Counted from the stretch's first letter, positions 8,734 to 17,994 are shown. The stretch is DNA of 64,000 nucleotides from an uncultured Lachnospiraceae bacterium (GCA_944383835.1 CALWRE010000158.1:6008-70007), one strand, 5' to 3'. Numbers and translations are program-made. The notes: generated by a model not told the origin, from the letters alone.

Positions 8734-10673
8734 ACAAGGCGAAAGCCAGGCGGCTGAATCCGCAGATACTGATCAAGGTGCTGGGCGTGGCGTTCTTTGC
8801 CTACCTGTTTTTTGGCTTCATGCTGATTCCCTGCTTAAATACGCTGACCAGCATTTTTACGACAAGGGATGCGTCCGGGGAGATAGACCCCTGGGCCGTG
8901 ATCCGCTTCTTTTTCGCCGGCAATATGGGACGGTATGTGTTAAACTCCCTGAAGCTGGCCGTATGCCTGGTGGTGACAGTCAATATCGTCGGTGTATCCA
9001 TCGTCCTTTTGACCGAGTATTTCGATATCAAGGGGGCGCGCATCCTGCGGCTGGGCTATATGACCACCCTGATCTACAGCGGCGTGGCCCTGGTTACCGG
9101 CTATCTGTTCCTATATGACAGCGACGGCATTTTGACCAATCTCCTGGTCAATGCCTTCCCGAACATGGATCCCAACTGGTTTTCCGGGTTCAACGCCGTC
9201 CTCTTTACAATGACCTTTGCCTGTACCAGCAATCACGCTCTTTTCCTGCGAAACGCCATCCGGGGCATCGATTACAATACGGTGGAGGCGGCCCGCAACA
9301 TGGGGGCGAAGCCCTTTACCGTGCTCCGGAAGGTGGTTTTCCCCACCCTGCTGCCGACGATGTTCTCCCTGACCATCATGACCTTTATCACAGGCCTGTG
9401 CGCCATGTCGGCCCCTACCCTGCTGGGCTATGATTCCATCAATCCGGAGATCGTGCGTCTGGCCGGCTCGTCCACGGCGGACGAGGCCTTCCCTCAGGCC
9501 AGGGCGGCTTTGCTCTCCATTATCCTGGCGATGTTCACCATCGTCCTGCTGACGATCCTGTCCTCCTATGAGAGAAAGGGGCATTACCTGTCGGTCTCCA
9601 AGACCAAGGCCAGGCTGCAGAAGCAGAAGATCACTAATCCGGTCGCCAATGTGATCGCTCATATTTACGCCTATATCCTCTTTGTGATCTACATGATTCC
9701 CGTAGTGATGATCGTTGTTTTCTCCTTCCAGACCTACGGGGCGATCCGGATGAAAAAGCTGGATCTTAGCAACTGGACGCTGATCAATTTCTTTGGCACC
9801 CAGGACTACGAATACCTCACGTCCCGCGGGACCTACCGGCTCCGGGAGGGGGCGATTTCCGGCCTCTTTTCCAATGAGGCTACCCTGGGCGGCATCAAGA
9901 TCAGCTTCATCATGTCGGCCATAGCCGCTTTGCTGGCCTGCATCATCGTGGTGGTGGCCTGCAATTACATTTTCAAAAACCGCAATAAGAAGAGGGGGAC
10001 GGTTCTGGAGTACAGCCTTCTCTTCCCCTGGCTGCTGCCTACGATACTGATCTGCTATTCCTACCGTATTTTTTTCAACAGCAATGACGTCTGGTATGTG
10101 GGCAATCAGAGCCTTTACTATGCGGAAAATGTGCGGTTCTTGATTATTATGGCCTATACGGTGACGAAGCTGCCTTTCTCCCTGCGTATGATAAAGGCCT
10201 CGTTCTACGCGATAGACGAAGAACTGGAGGACGCGGCGAGAAACCTGGGGGCCAGCGGGCTGCGAACGTTCCTAAAAGTGAAGCTGCCGATTATTCTGCC
10301 CAGCGTCATGGCCGTGTTCGCCCTGAATTTCAACTCCCTCTTTACGGAATACGACATGTCGGCCACCTTTGCCAGTTCCTATGGAACTACCTACGCCATG
10401 GTGATCCAGAGCATGTGCGAGGAGGAGGGAATGTACGGCTACAACGTCAACGCTTCGGGACGGCGCTGCGCCTCCACCGTCTTTATCATGGTAGTTTCCG
10501 GCATCATCCTCTATCTGGTATACGGCGTCGGCGGCCGCGATCTGGGCGACCGGCTGGAGCTGCGGGATAAGAGGAAGAAGAGGAGAGAGAAACTGATGGC
10601 CCATTTCAAGAGGCGCTCCGAGCCGAAGGCCGCGATGTCTGTCCGAAGGGAGGCAAAGGAGGCCCAGGGATGA
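8730..10673 (+). CDS. Fused double-domain ABC permease (FbpB/AfuB-like)
   Basis: 647 aa with about 12 TM segments and two EAA-type loops (EAARNMGAKPFTVLRKVVFP and DAARNLGASGLRTFLKVKLP). ATGA overlap with the ATPase gene. Confidence 0.9.
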   Translation: MNKAKARRLNPQILIKVLGVAFFAYLFFGFMLIPCLNTLTSIFTTRDASGEIDPWAVIRFFFAGNMGRYVLNSLKLAVCLVVTVNIVGVSIVLLTEYFDIKGARILRLGYMTTLIYSGVALVTGYLFLYDSDGILTNLLVNAFPNMDPNWFSGFNAVLFTMTFACTSNHALFLRNAIRGIDYNTVEAARNMGAKPFTVLRKVVFPTLLPTMFSLTIMTFITGLCAMSAPTLLGYDSINPEIVRLAGSSTADEAFPQARAALLSIILAMFTIVLLTILSSYERKGHYLSVSKTKARLQKQKITNPVANVIAHIYAYILFVIYMIPVVMIVVFSFQTYGAIRMKKLDLSNWTLINFFGTQDYEYLTSRGTYRLREGAISGLFSNEATLGGIKISFIMSAIAALLACIIVVVACNYIFKNRNKKRGTVLEYSLLFPWLLPTILICYSYRIFFNSNDVWYVGNQSLYYAENVRFLIIMAYTVTKLPFSLRMIKASFYAIDEELEDAARNLGASGLRTFLKVKLPIILPSVMAVFALNFNSLFTEYDMSATFASSYGTTYAMVIQSMCEEEGMYGYNVNASGRRCASTVFIMVVSGIILYLVYGVGGRDLGDRLELRDKRKKRREKLMAHFKRRSEPKAAMSVRREAKEAQG

Positions 10674-11410
10674 AGATTCGGAACATTGTCTTTGATATGG
10701 GAGAGGTACTGATCCGCTTTACTCCCTCGGAATTTATCCGCCGTCTGGGGATCGAGGGGGAGGACGCCGCCCTCCTGCGAAAAGAAGTCTTTGGCCGGGT
10801 GGAGTGGGTGCAGTTTGACCGGGGGACGCTAAATGAGGAGCAGACGGCCGCCTCCGTCTGCGAGCGGCTGCCTGTCCGCCTGCACGAGGCGGCCAGAGAG
10901 CTGGTCTTTCACTGGTGGAGCCGTCCTCTGATCCCCATTGACGGGATGGAGGAGCTGATGGGTGAGTTAAAAGGGCTGGGCTATGGAATTTACCTGCTCA
11001 GCAACGCCAACCGCCGTCTGCGGGAATACCTGCCCCGGATACTGGGGAGCCAGTACCTGGACGGCCTGGTCGTCTCGGCGGAGGAACTTTTGTTAAAACC
11101 CCAGAGAGAAATCTATCAGGTCTTATATGACCGCTACGGGCTGAAGCCGGAGGAATGCTATTTCATCGACGACTCCCCTCTCAATGTGGAAGGGGCCCTG
11201 TGCACCGGAATGCGGGGGAGCGTCTTCGACGGGGACGTGGAACGGCTGCGCCGCGAGCTGCGGGCGGCGGGGATCCCGGTTAGGGACGCATCGGCTGCCG
11301 CCGTATCCGGGGGCGATGCTCGGACTGCCGGCCCTTTGGCTGCAGAAATAGATGCAGAAATAGAAACAGAAACAGGAACGAGATGGGAAAAACGGGAGAA
11401 GGAAATATGA
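10670..11410 (+). CDS. HAD-superfamily hydrolase (YihX-like sugar-phosphatase type)
   Basis: Motif I FDMGEVL (the D-x-G variant seen in YihX-type enzymes), LLSNAN, and motif IV FIDDS. ATGA overlaps on both sides. Confidence 0.75.
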   Translation: MKIRNIVFDMGEVLIRFTPSEFIRRLGIEGEDAALLRKEVFGRVEWVQFDRGTLNEEQTAASVCERLPVRLHEAARELVFHWWSRPLIPIDGMEELMGELKGLGYGIYLLSNANRRLREYLPRILGSQYLDGLVVSAEELLLKPQREIYQVLYDRYGLKPEECYFIDDSPLNVEGALCTGMRGSVFDGDVERLRRELRAAGIPVRDASAAAVSGGDARTAGPLAAEIDAEIETETGTRWEKREKEI

Positions 11411-12828
11411 TAAAATTTGGAACCGGGGGCTGGAGGGCCATTATTGGGGATGATTTTACCAGAGAAAATATCTCGATTCTGGCGAAGGCCATGGCGGAGA
11501 AGATAAAGGCGGAAAAAGCGGACGAAAAAGGAATTGTCATCGGCTATGACCGGCGGTTTTTGTCCAAGGAGACGGTGATGTGGGTCTGCGAGGTGATGGC
11601 GGCCGAGGGAATTGTCTGCCATTTCGTCAACCGTTCGGTTCCCACGCCTCTGATTATGTTTTACGTGATGCAGCACGGCTACCCTTACGGAATGATGGTG
11701 ACGGCCAGCCATAACCCGGCCCTGTACAATGGAATCAAGGTCTTTACCGCCGGGGGGCGGGACGCCGACGAGGGGCAGACGGCGGATATCGAAAGATATA
11801 TCGCTGCGGTGCGCCCGGATGCGATTCGCCGGATTGAATATCCCCAGGCGGTGGAAAGGGGGCTGGTCCATGAGTTCTATCCGATGAACGAGTATATCGA
11901 CGATATCATGGGCAAGATCAATATGGAGGCAATCAAGAATGCCCAGCTGCGGATCGCCCTGGATCCGATGTACGGGGTCAGCGAAACGGCGCTGGGGACC
12001 ATCCTGATTTCCGGCCGCTGCGATCTGACAGTGATCCACCGGGAACACGACACCCTCTTTGGCGGGAGGATGCCGGCCCCGTCGGAGGATACCCTGGGGA
12101 TGTTAAAGACCTCCGTACTGGACCGCCATCTGGATCTGGGCATCGCCACCGACGGGGATGCGGACCGTCTGGGCGTCATCGACGACAAGGGACATTATCT
12201 TCATCCCAACGATATTCTGGTGCTGCTGTACGCCTATCTGCTGCAATACCGGAAGTGGAGCGGTCCGGTGGTCCGCAATATCGCCACCACCCACAGGCTG
12301 GACCGCCTGGCCGCCGCATACGGGGAAACCTGCTATGAGGTGCCGGTGGGCTTTAAGTATATTTCCGCCAAGATGCAGGAAACCGGGGCTATCCTAGGCG
12401 GGGAGTCCTCCGGCGGCCTGACCGTGGCCGGCCACATCAACGGCAAGGACGGGGTCTATGCCGCCTCCCTGCTCATTGAAATGCTGGCGGTAACCGGAAA
12501 GAGGCTCTCCGAGCTGATGGCGGAGGTATCCGCCCAATGCGGGGAGAGTTATATGGAGGAGCATTCCTGCCGCTTGACCGCCCAGGTAAAGGAATCGCTG
12601 CAGCGCCGCCTCTTTGAAGAAAAGGAACTGCCGGATATGGCACCCTATGAGGTGGATCATGTGTCCTACCTGGACGGCTGCAAGGTCTATTTCAAGAACG
12701 GAGGCTGGATCATCGCCCGCTTCTCCGGCACCGAGCCTCTGCTCCGCATTTTCTGCGAGATGCCCGCCAGAGTCGAAGCCGCCGCCATGAGCGAGAGGTG
12801 GATGGGGTATTTTGGGATTAGCGGGTGA
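11407..12828 (+). CDS. Phosphoglucomutase/phosphomannomutase family protein
   Basis: Active-site loop TASHNPALYNGIK, metal loop ATDGDADR and sugar loop GGESSGG. Confidence 0.9.
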   Translation: MIKFGTGGWRAIIGDDFTRENISILAKAMAEKIKAEKADEKGIVIGYDRRFLSKETVMWVCEVMAAEGIVCHFVNRSVPTPLIMFYVMQHGYPYGMMVTASHNPALYNGIKVFTAGGRDADEGQTADIERYIAAVRPDAIRRIEYPQAVERGLVHEFYPMNEYIDDIMGKINMEAIKNAQLRIALDPMYGVSETALGTILISGRCDLTVIHREHDTLFGGRMPAPSEDTLGMLKTSVLDRHLDLGIATDGDADRLGVIDDKGHYLHPNDILVLLYAYLLQYRKWSGPVVRNIATTHRLDRLAAAYGETCYEVPVGFKYISAKMQETGAILGGESSGGLTVAGHINGKDGVYAASLLIEMLAVTGKRLSELMAEVSAQCGESYMEEHSCRLTAQVKESLQRRLFEEKELPDMAPYEVDHVSYLDGCKVYFKNGGWIIARFSGTEPLLRIFCEMPARVEAAAMSERWMGYFGISG

Positions 12829-13136
12829 TTTGCCGTCGATTTGCCGCCGGGATAGTTCCGTTTCTGGACCTGCCTGGGATTTCAATATTTCTTGTTGAAC
12901 AGCTCTTCTTGACAGAGAAATGGAAAATCAGAAAAATCGGTGAAATATCATAAGAAGTTCCACGGAGAAATCCAGAGATTTACTGGACAAAAAGTTTTCT
13001 ATGTGTTACTATACTTTTACAGCGTCAGCTTACCGTTGCCGCTGTTGGGGATTGAACAAGCCAGGATAATTTTGCTGGGGAGAGACTGCAAAAGGAACAA
13101 ATTAACCCAATCCACCCCCAATAAGGAGGCAGCAGT

Positions 13137-13568
13137 ATGGAAAATGCAATGAAAATCATTCTGGATGAGCTGGCAAAAGTAAACGCTAATGTATTGAAGC
13201 TGGGCGAGCAGATCGGCGAACGTCTGAACCACTTGGAAGAGCGCATGGAACATGTGGAAAAGCGTCTGGATCGCTTGGAAAAGCGTCTGGATCGCTTGGA
13301 AGAGCGCATGGATCACGCAGACGAGCGTATGGATAATCTGGAGGACGCAATAAAGGCGCTTGATAAGCAGATAAGGGATATCCGGATTACGCTTGAAAAC
13401 GTGACGAACCCTAATATTACCATTATTGCCGAAGGGCATTTGGATTTAGTGCGGAAATTGGAAGATGCGCTGCGCGTGGAAAATGACCGGGAAATTATGC
13501 GGATTCGCCTGAATGCGCTGGCAGACGACGTACGGAGACTGAAAGAGAGAAGTGCGGAGTCGGCATAA
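13137..13568 (+). CDS. Hypothetical coiled-coil protein with six 21-bp (heptad) repeats
   Basis: RBS AAGGAGG. Heptads are GERLNHL EERMEHV EKRLDRL EKRLDRL EERMDHA DERMDNL (nt 13215-13340), and two units are identical at DNA level. No TM segment and no recognised enzymatic motif. Confidence 0.6.
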   Translation: MENAMKIILDELAKVNANVLKLGEQIGERLNHLEERMEHVEKRLDRLEKRLDRLEERMDHADERMDNLEDAIKALDKQIRDIRITLENVTNPNITIIAEGHLDLVRKLEDALRVENDREIMRIRLNALADDVRRLKERSAESA

Positions 13569-13715
13569 GCTTCTGGCGCACCGTTAGGAGCAAAATACTC
13601 TGGGCTGGCGTTAACCCGTCCTCTGCCGTATCTATCGCAAGAGAAGGCCTCGAAGGAGAAATTATTTGGAAAATCTTATAAAGATGTGCGAAAGGCCTGA
13701 AAAGGCCAGAAAAAA

Positions 13716-13748
13716 GGGCCGGTGCAGCAGCTGCACCGGCCCTTTTTT
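13716..13748. terminator. Bidirectional intrinsic terminator
   Basis: 12-bp perfect stem GGGCCGGTGCAG / CTGCACCGGCCC, flanked by an A6 run and a T6 run. Confidence 0.85.
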
Positions 13749-13778
13749 AGGTGCGCCCGGCGGGCGCACGTTCTAAGG

Positions 13779-14594
13779 CTAGATCAAAAACCCTGCGAAG
13801 AAGAAAAGCAGGCCTGCGGCCAGGGCGAGGACCGGCAGAACCAGGGACAGGATGCTTCGCTGCTGGGCCGCCTTGGAGGCGAAGATCAGGCCGAGGATGC
13901 CAAGGAGGATTCCGGCGGCGGGAATCACGGAGGCGAAAATACCGATGACGCCCAGGATAATGGCGGTGCGGTTGTTTTTGGCGGCGGCCTCGGAGGCAAC
14001 CCTCTCCGGCAGATCGGCGTTTTCCTCGCTCACCTGGCCGGACAGGGAACGAATGAACTGGTCGAAATGACGGCATTCATTCGGCTGTACAATGTTTACG
14101 TGATGGAAACGATCCTCGCGGGTGTTGGCGGTGTCCACATACAGGGTGAGGAGTTCTTTGCCGTTCTTATCGTGGAACGTGGCGGTGATGCGCTTGATTT
14201 CGCCGGTCTTTTTGTCGCTGAGGGTATAGTGGCTGACGATGCCGAGAACGGAGCTGTCTGCGAGCATGGGCTCGTGAAGCTCCATATCGTTGTCCTCGTC
14301 GAATGTGAGGGGGATGATGTACAGCTGTTTATCGTTAAAAGCCAGGCCGTAGCAGTAATAGGTGGTGCGGGTCGTGCGGCCGTAACGCTCCACCTTTTCC
14401 CAGTGTGCATAGGCCACATCCCAGCTGGCAGCCTCGGGCAGGATGCGTTCGATCTCTTCGCGCAGACGTCTCAGGTCTTTTCCGTCCTGCGCCTTGGCCA
14501 GGTTTCTTTTCTCTTTGATGCGGCTGTAGAGCATGGCGATGGCTACAAGGGCTGCAACGACGGCAATACTAAGGATAACTTCTAAATTTTCCAT
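13779..14594 (-). CDS. Hypothetical membrane protein (N-terminal TM, soluble middle domain, C-terminal Gly/Ile/Leu-rich double TM)
   Basis: Long ORF with plausible coding bias and TM segments at both ends. No family recognised. Confidence 0.55.
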   Translation of the reverse strand: MENLEVILSIAVVAALVAIAMLYSRIKEKRNLAKAQDGKDLRRLREEIERILPEAASWDVAYAHWEKVERYGRTTRTTYYCYGLAFNDKQLYIIPLTFDEDNDMELHEPMLADSSVLGIVSHYTLSDKKTGEIKRITATFHDKNGKELLTLYVDTANTREDRFHHVNIVQPNECRHFDQFIRSLSGQVSEENADLPERVASEAAAKNNRTAIILGVIGIFASVIPAAGILLGILGLIFASKAAQQRSILSLVLPVLALAAGLLFFFAGFLI

Positions 14595-14693
14595 TCCCTT
14601 TTCCTCTTTTCTTTTTGCTTTTATATAGGCGGATGCGCCGCTTCTGACGGCGAATTCGCTATATTGGTTTTAGTATCCTCTATATTATCCGGG

Positions 14694-15455
14694 CTATCTT
14701 TTGTAATAGCTGTGGGTTTCCGGCTCATAGGGCTGCGCCTCGCCGGGCTGTGCTTCGCGGGATTGTGCCTGCCGTTCTCTTGCCTCGCGGGCGGCGGCCT
14801 TTGCCCTGGCGCGGTCGTTAGCCCGGCTGACGCCATTGAAAATCCAGATGGCGGCCAGCAAGAAGAGAATCAGCCCCACGGCAAATATTCCGCAGACAGC
14901 GCCGAATGCACGGGGAACAATCAGAAGGGGTTCTCCCATGGCATCGATTTCATCCGGCAGATAACCGTAGCTTTCCAGGGTATTCTCAAAGGAATCGACC
15001 AGCTTCGGGTATTCATCTTCCATCCGGATTACTTTTCCGGAGTAGGAGAAGGTTGCAGAAGGAGCCTGGCTGGCCCCGCTTAAATAGCTGTAGGTTTCAT
15101 TTGCCACGCTTGCGGCGGCGCTGCGGTCGGAGGATTTTACCTTCAGTCCCAGATAGCTGGTGCTGCCGGGTACTATGTAATAGTAAGCGGAGGTCTCCCT
15201 GGGGGTGACGCTTCCATTGCTGTTTTCTGTCCAGGATTCCTCTGTGGAGAAATAATCTAGCAGATAGAGGACGTCGCCGTCGATATGATCGCCGACCGAG
15301 ACGTCTCCGGCCAGAACGTCTTCAAAATCTTTGGCTGGCTTTATGAAAGTGATCATATCGCCGGCGGAGAAATAAATCATGTAGATCCCGATTGCCGCCA
15401 GGAGAATCTTTTGCAGGCTGAGTGTGCGCAGGATTCGCTTCAGTTGTTTGACCAT
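14694..15455 (-). CDS. Hypothetical bitopic membrane protein with Arg/Ala/Glu/Gln-rich C-terminal tail
   Basis: ATG at 15455 with GGAGGG RBS. TM near the N-terminus (ILLAAIGIYMIYF) and near the C-terminus (AVCGIFAVGLILFLLAAIWIF). Confidence 0.55.
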   Translation of the reverse strand: MVKQLKRILRTLSLQKILLAAIGIYMIYFSAGDMITFIKPAKDFEDVLAGDVSVGDHIDGDVLYLLDYFSTEESWTENSNGSVTPRETSAYYYIVPGSTSYLGLKVKSSDRSAAASVANETYSYLSGASQAPSATFSYSGKVIRMEDEYPKLVDSFENTLESYGYLPDEIDAMGEPLLIVPRAFGAVCGIFAVGLILFLLAAIWIFNGVSRANDRARAKAAAREARERQAQSREAQPGEAQPYEPETHSYYKR

Positions 15456-15692
15456 GTATGGCCCTCCTATGTTGTGGATTTTGGCTGCGTTTAAAGGCGT
15501 AGCGTATGCATGAAAGATGATAATTTTCACCAAATAATAAAAAATCTGGCTATTTGTTATTATAGCACCTATTCGGAAAAAAGCAGATAAAAAAATACCG
15601 ATGTAAAAAAATATGCATAAATTTAACACCGGTATAATTTTAGCTATGATTTTACTTTTAAGGTTCGCCGTCCGGATCAGGGCAGCCGCAGG

Positions 15693-16640
15693 TCAGTTGA
15701 AATACACCAGATCTTCTTTAGGGGGCTGTGCGTCTTCCACGGAGGCGGCGTACAGCACGGGGCCTTCATCCTGATAAGCTTCGCAGTACTGCCAGCGCAG
15801 TCGGGCGGTGACCGTCACCCACTGGCGGCTTTTGATTTCACTGGCATGCTCATAGTAGCAGAGGAAACCGATGAAAGCCACGTCGTCGGCGCAGCAGGTC
15901 ATGGCATTGCGCCCCGGCAGAAAGCTGCCCTTGGGGAAGGCAGGAGTGCGCAGGGTCCGCGCCTTGAAGCGGACGGTTTTGCCGTCATAGCGGTCGGGAT
16001 TGTCCAGGGCGTCCACATACCAGATGCCGAAATCATCTTCTCCGATTTCAATGATGGGAGCGGTTATGTCATAGGGAAGCTCCTCCTCAAACTGGACCAG
16101 CTCTCCTTCTCCGTCCTCAAAGATTACCTCGCCGGCCCGGTTGACGGCCCGGATGCTGCGCTTGAACATGGACAAGGGCATGTCGGTGGTGCAGCGGTTG
16201 AAGACAATCATATCGGCCAGGGAGACCATGTCTACCACCAGGGACTTCATGTTGTTTAAGTACAGCTGGAAGGTGGAGGCGTCGAAAATGGAGATGATCT
16301 GATACAGCTCGAAGCCGGCCGGCAGCTTCATCTCCGTCAGGGTGCTCATGCGCCACATGCCGTTGTATTCGATGATGACCCGGTCGGGCCGGTACTTCTT
16401 CTTCATTTCCCGCAGGAATTCGGGTGTCAGCTCCTTTTCCGCGTCAAGGGTTACCATGACGGCGTGGAGTTTTGCCAGTACGGCAGGCTCGTATTCCTCC
16501 TCGCCTTCCTCGCAGACAATGAGCAGGGTCTTCTCCCCGTCGTTAAAATATTCTTGTTGCATCGTAAAACGAATAAATTCCGTCTTGCCGCCTTCCAGAA
16601 AACCGTTGATCAGATAGATGGGTATGCCTGTATTCTGCAT
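15693..16640 (-). CDS. COG0523/CobW-family GTPase paralogue lacking the CxCC metal motif
   Basis: Walker A-like GFLEGGKT. The position of the canonical CxCC reads VCEEGEEE. It has a CobW_C-like C-terminal half and lies immediately downstream of the canonical paralogue. Confidence 0.7.
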   Translation of the reverse strand: MQNTGIPIYLINGFLEGGKTEFIRFTMQQEYFNDGEKTLLIVCEEGEEEYEPAVLAKLHAVMVTLDAEKELTPEFLREMKKKYRPDRVIIEYNGMWRMSTLTEMKLPAGFELYQIISIFDASTFQLYLNNMKSLVVDMVSLADMIVFNRCTTDMPLSMFKRSIRAVNRAGEVIFEDGEGELVQFEEELPYDITAPIIEIGEDDFGIWYVDALDNPDRYDGKTVRFKARTLRTPAFPKGSFLPGRNAMTCCADDVAFIGFLCYYEHASEIKSRQWVTVTARLRWQYCEAYQDEGPVLYAASVEDAQPPKEDLVYFN

Positions 16641-16675
16641 AGCAGTGTTCCTTTCCCTATGGTTTAGCCTGTGGT

Positions 16676-17773
16676 TTAGCTCAGATGGAATGCTTCCTTC
16701 AGAGCGTCTTCCTTAAGATCCGCGCCGATGACGCAGAGGCGGCCGGTGTAATCCGGGCTGCCCTCGCGAATCTCATATTCGCCGGGGGTCAGGTCAAAAT
16801 ACATCCAGGTGCCTTCGGGGGTGGGCAGCATGCCCTTAGCCCGCAGGATTGTTCCGTAGGAGGTTCCCTCGGAAAGTTCCTTTAAAATAGTCTCCAGCTC
16901 CGCACGCTCATACTGATGAGGGGTTTCCACACCCCAGCTGGTAAATACCTCGTCGGCATGGTGATGGCCCTCATGATGGTGATGCTCATGTCCGCAGCCG
17001 CATTCATCGTCGTGGTGGTGATGCTCATGCTCGCAGCCGCATTCATCGTCATGATGATGGTGATGCTCATGCTCATGTTCATGTTCACAGCCGCATTCGT
17101 CGTCATAGTGATGATGATGCGCATGCTCCTCCTCATGACTCTCTTTCAGTTCTTTGAGAAGCTCGGCTGCCAGATCCTGATCCTGCTCCATCGCCTGCCG
17201 GATCTGGGCACCGCTCAGCTGATCCCAGGGGGTGGTGATAATCGGGGCCTTCGGGTTATGCTCCCGGAGCATGGATACGCAGGCCTCCAGCTTGTCCTGG
17301 GAGAGTTTCTGCGTCCGGCTCAGGATAATGGCTCCGGCGCTTTCTACCTGGTTATTGAAAAATTCGCCGAAATTCTTCATATAAAGCCTGCACTTGGTGG
17401 CGTCCACCACGGTGACAAAGCTGTTCAGCTCCAGGGGCGTTTCTTCCTGCACGCCCTGTACGGCCCGAATTACGTCGGAGAGTTTGCCTACGCCGGAGGG
17501 CTCGATCAGGATGCGGTCGGGATGAAACTGGTCCAGCACCTTCTTTAAGGCCGCTCCGAAATCGCCTACCAAAGAGCAGCAGATGCAGCCGGAATTCATC
17601 TCGGTGATCTGAATGCCGGCGTCCTTTAAGAAGCCGCCGTCGATGCCGATTTCGCCGAATTCATTTTCGATAAGTACCAGCTTTTCGCCCGTATAGGCCT
17701 CGGCGATCAGCTTTTTGATCAGAGTGGTTTTTCCTGCCCCCAGAAAACCGGAGACTATGTCAATCTTGGTCAT
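16676..17773 (-). CDS. COG0523/CobW-family metallochaperone GTPase with His/Cys-rich insert
   Basis: Walker A GFLGAGKTT, CxCC motif GCICCS and switch ENEFGE. The linker carries three DDECGC(E/G)HEHHHH-type repeats. Confidence 0.9.
   Translation of the reverse strand: MTKIDIVSGFLGAGKTTLIKKLIAEAYTGEKLVLIENEFGEIGIDGGFLKDAGIQITEMNSGCICCSLVGDFGAALKKVLDQFHPDRILIEPSGVGKLSDVIRAVQGVQEETPLELNSFVTVVDATKCRLYMKNFGEFFNNQVESAGAIILSRTQKLSQDKLEACVSMLREHNPKAPIITTPWDQLSGAQIRQAMEQDQDLAAELLKELKESHEEEHAHHHHYDDECGCEHEHEHEHHHHHDDECGCEHEHHHHDDECGCGHEHHHHEGHHHADEVFTSWGVETPHQYERAELETILKELSEGTSYGTILRAKGMLPTPEGTWMYFDLTPGEYEIREGSPDYTGRLCVIGADLKEDALKEAFHLS
16955..17137 (-). repeat. Coding tandem repeat specifying the His/Cys-rich linker of the CobW-family protein
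   Basis: Three GATGACGAATGCGGCTG(C/T)G-containing units separated by CAT/GAG-rich runs. Confidence 0.8.
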
Positions 17774-17893
17774 GGTTCTTCCTCCTCGTCTGGAATAAAA
17801 TGATGTAAAATGATGTCTATCACTGCGGCGTCCGTCCGCGTTCGTCGGCGGCGGAGCCGAAACGGTTGATATGTGTGCTTTTGCGCGGAATTA

Positions 17894-17922
17894 ATTATAC
17901 AGCGGTTTTCCTGCGGGGTCAA
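17894..17922 (-). promoter_or_regulatory. Putative sigma-A promoter of the CobW-family operon
   Basis: On the minus strand this reads TTGACC, 17 nt, TATAAT. The palindrome AATTAATT overlaps the -10. Confidence 0.5.
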
Positions 17923-17994
17923 GCGGGGGCGGCCAGCCGGATTCTCACCCGGATTCCCACATGGATGTGCATGATGTACCATCGGATTTTTTTC

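Noticed and set aside
16882-17548. ORFs 16882-17136 (-) and 16916-17548 (+), rich in Met/Ile/Thr/Val
   Set aside because: They are alternative-frame and antisense readings of the His-codon repeat (CAT/CAC, ATG/GTG) inside the CobW-family gene.
17905-17965. Cobalamin-aptamer-like string on the minus strand (GGGAATCCGGGTGAGAATCCGGCTGGCCGCCCCCGC) upstream of the CobW-family genes
   Set aside because: It lies upstream of, and overlaps, the best promoter (TTGACC-17-TATAAT) rather than in the transcript. It also lacks the GCCACTG element and the B12 box. The resemblance is probably chance, or a decayed fragment.
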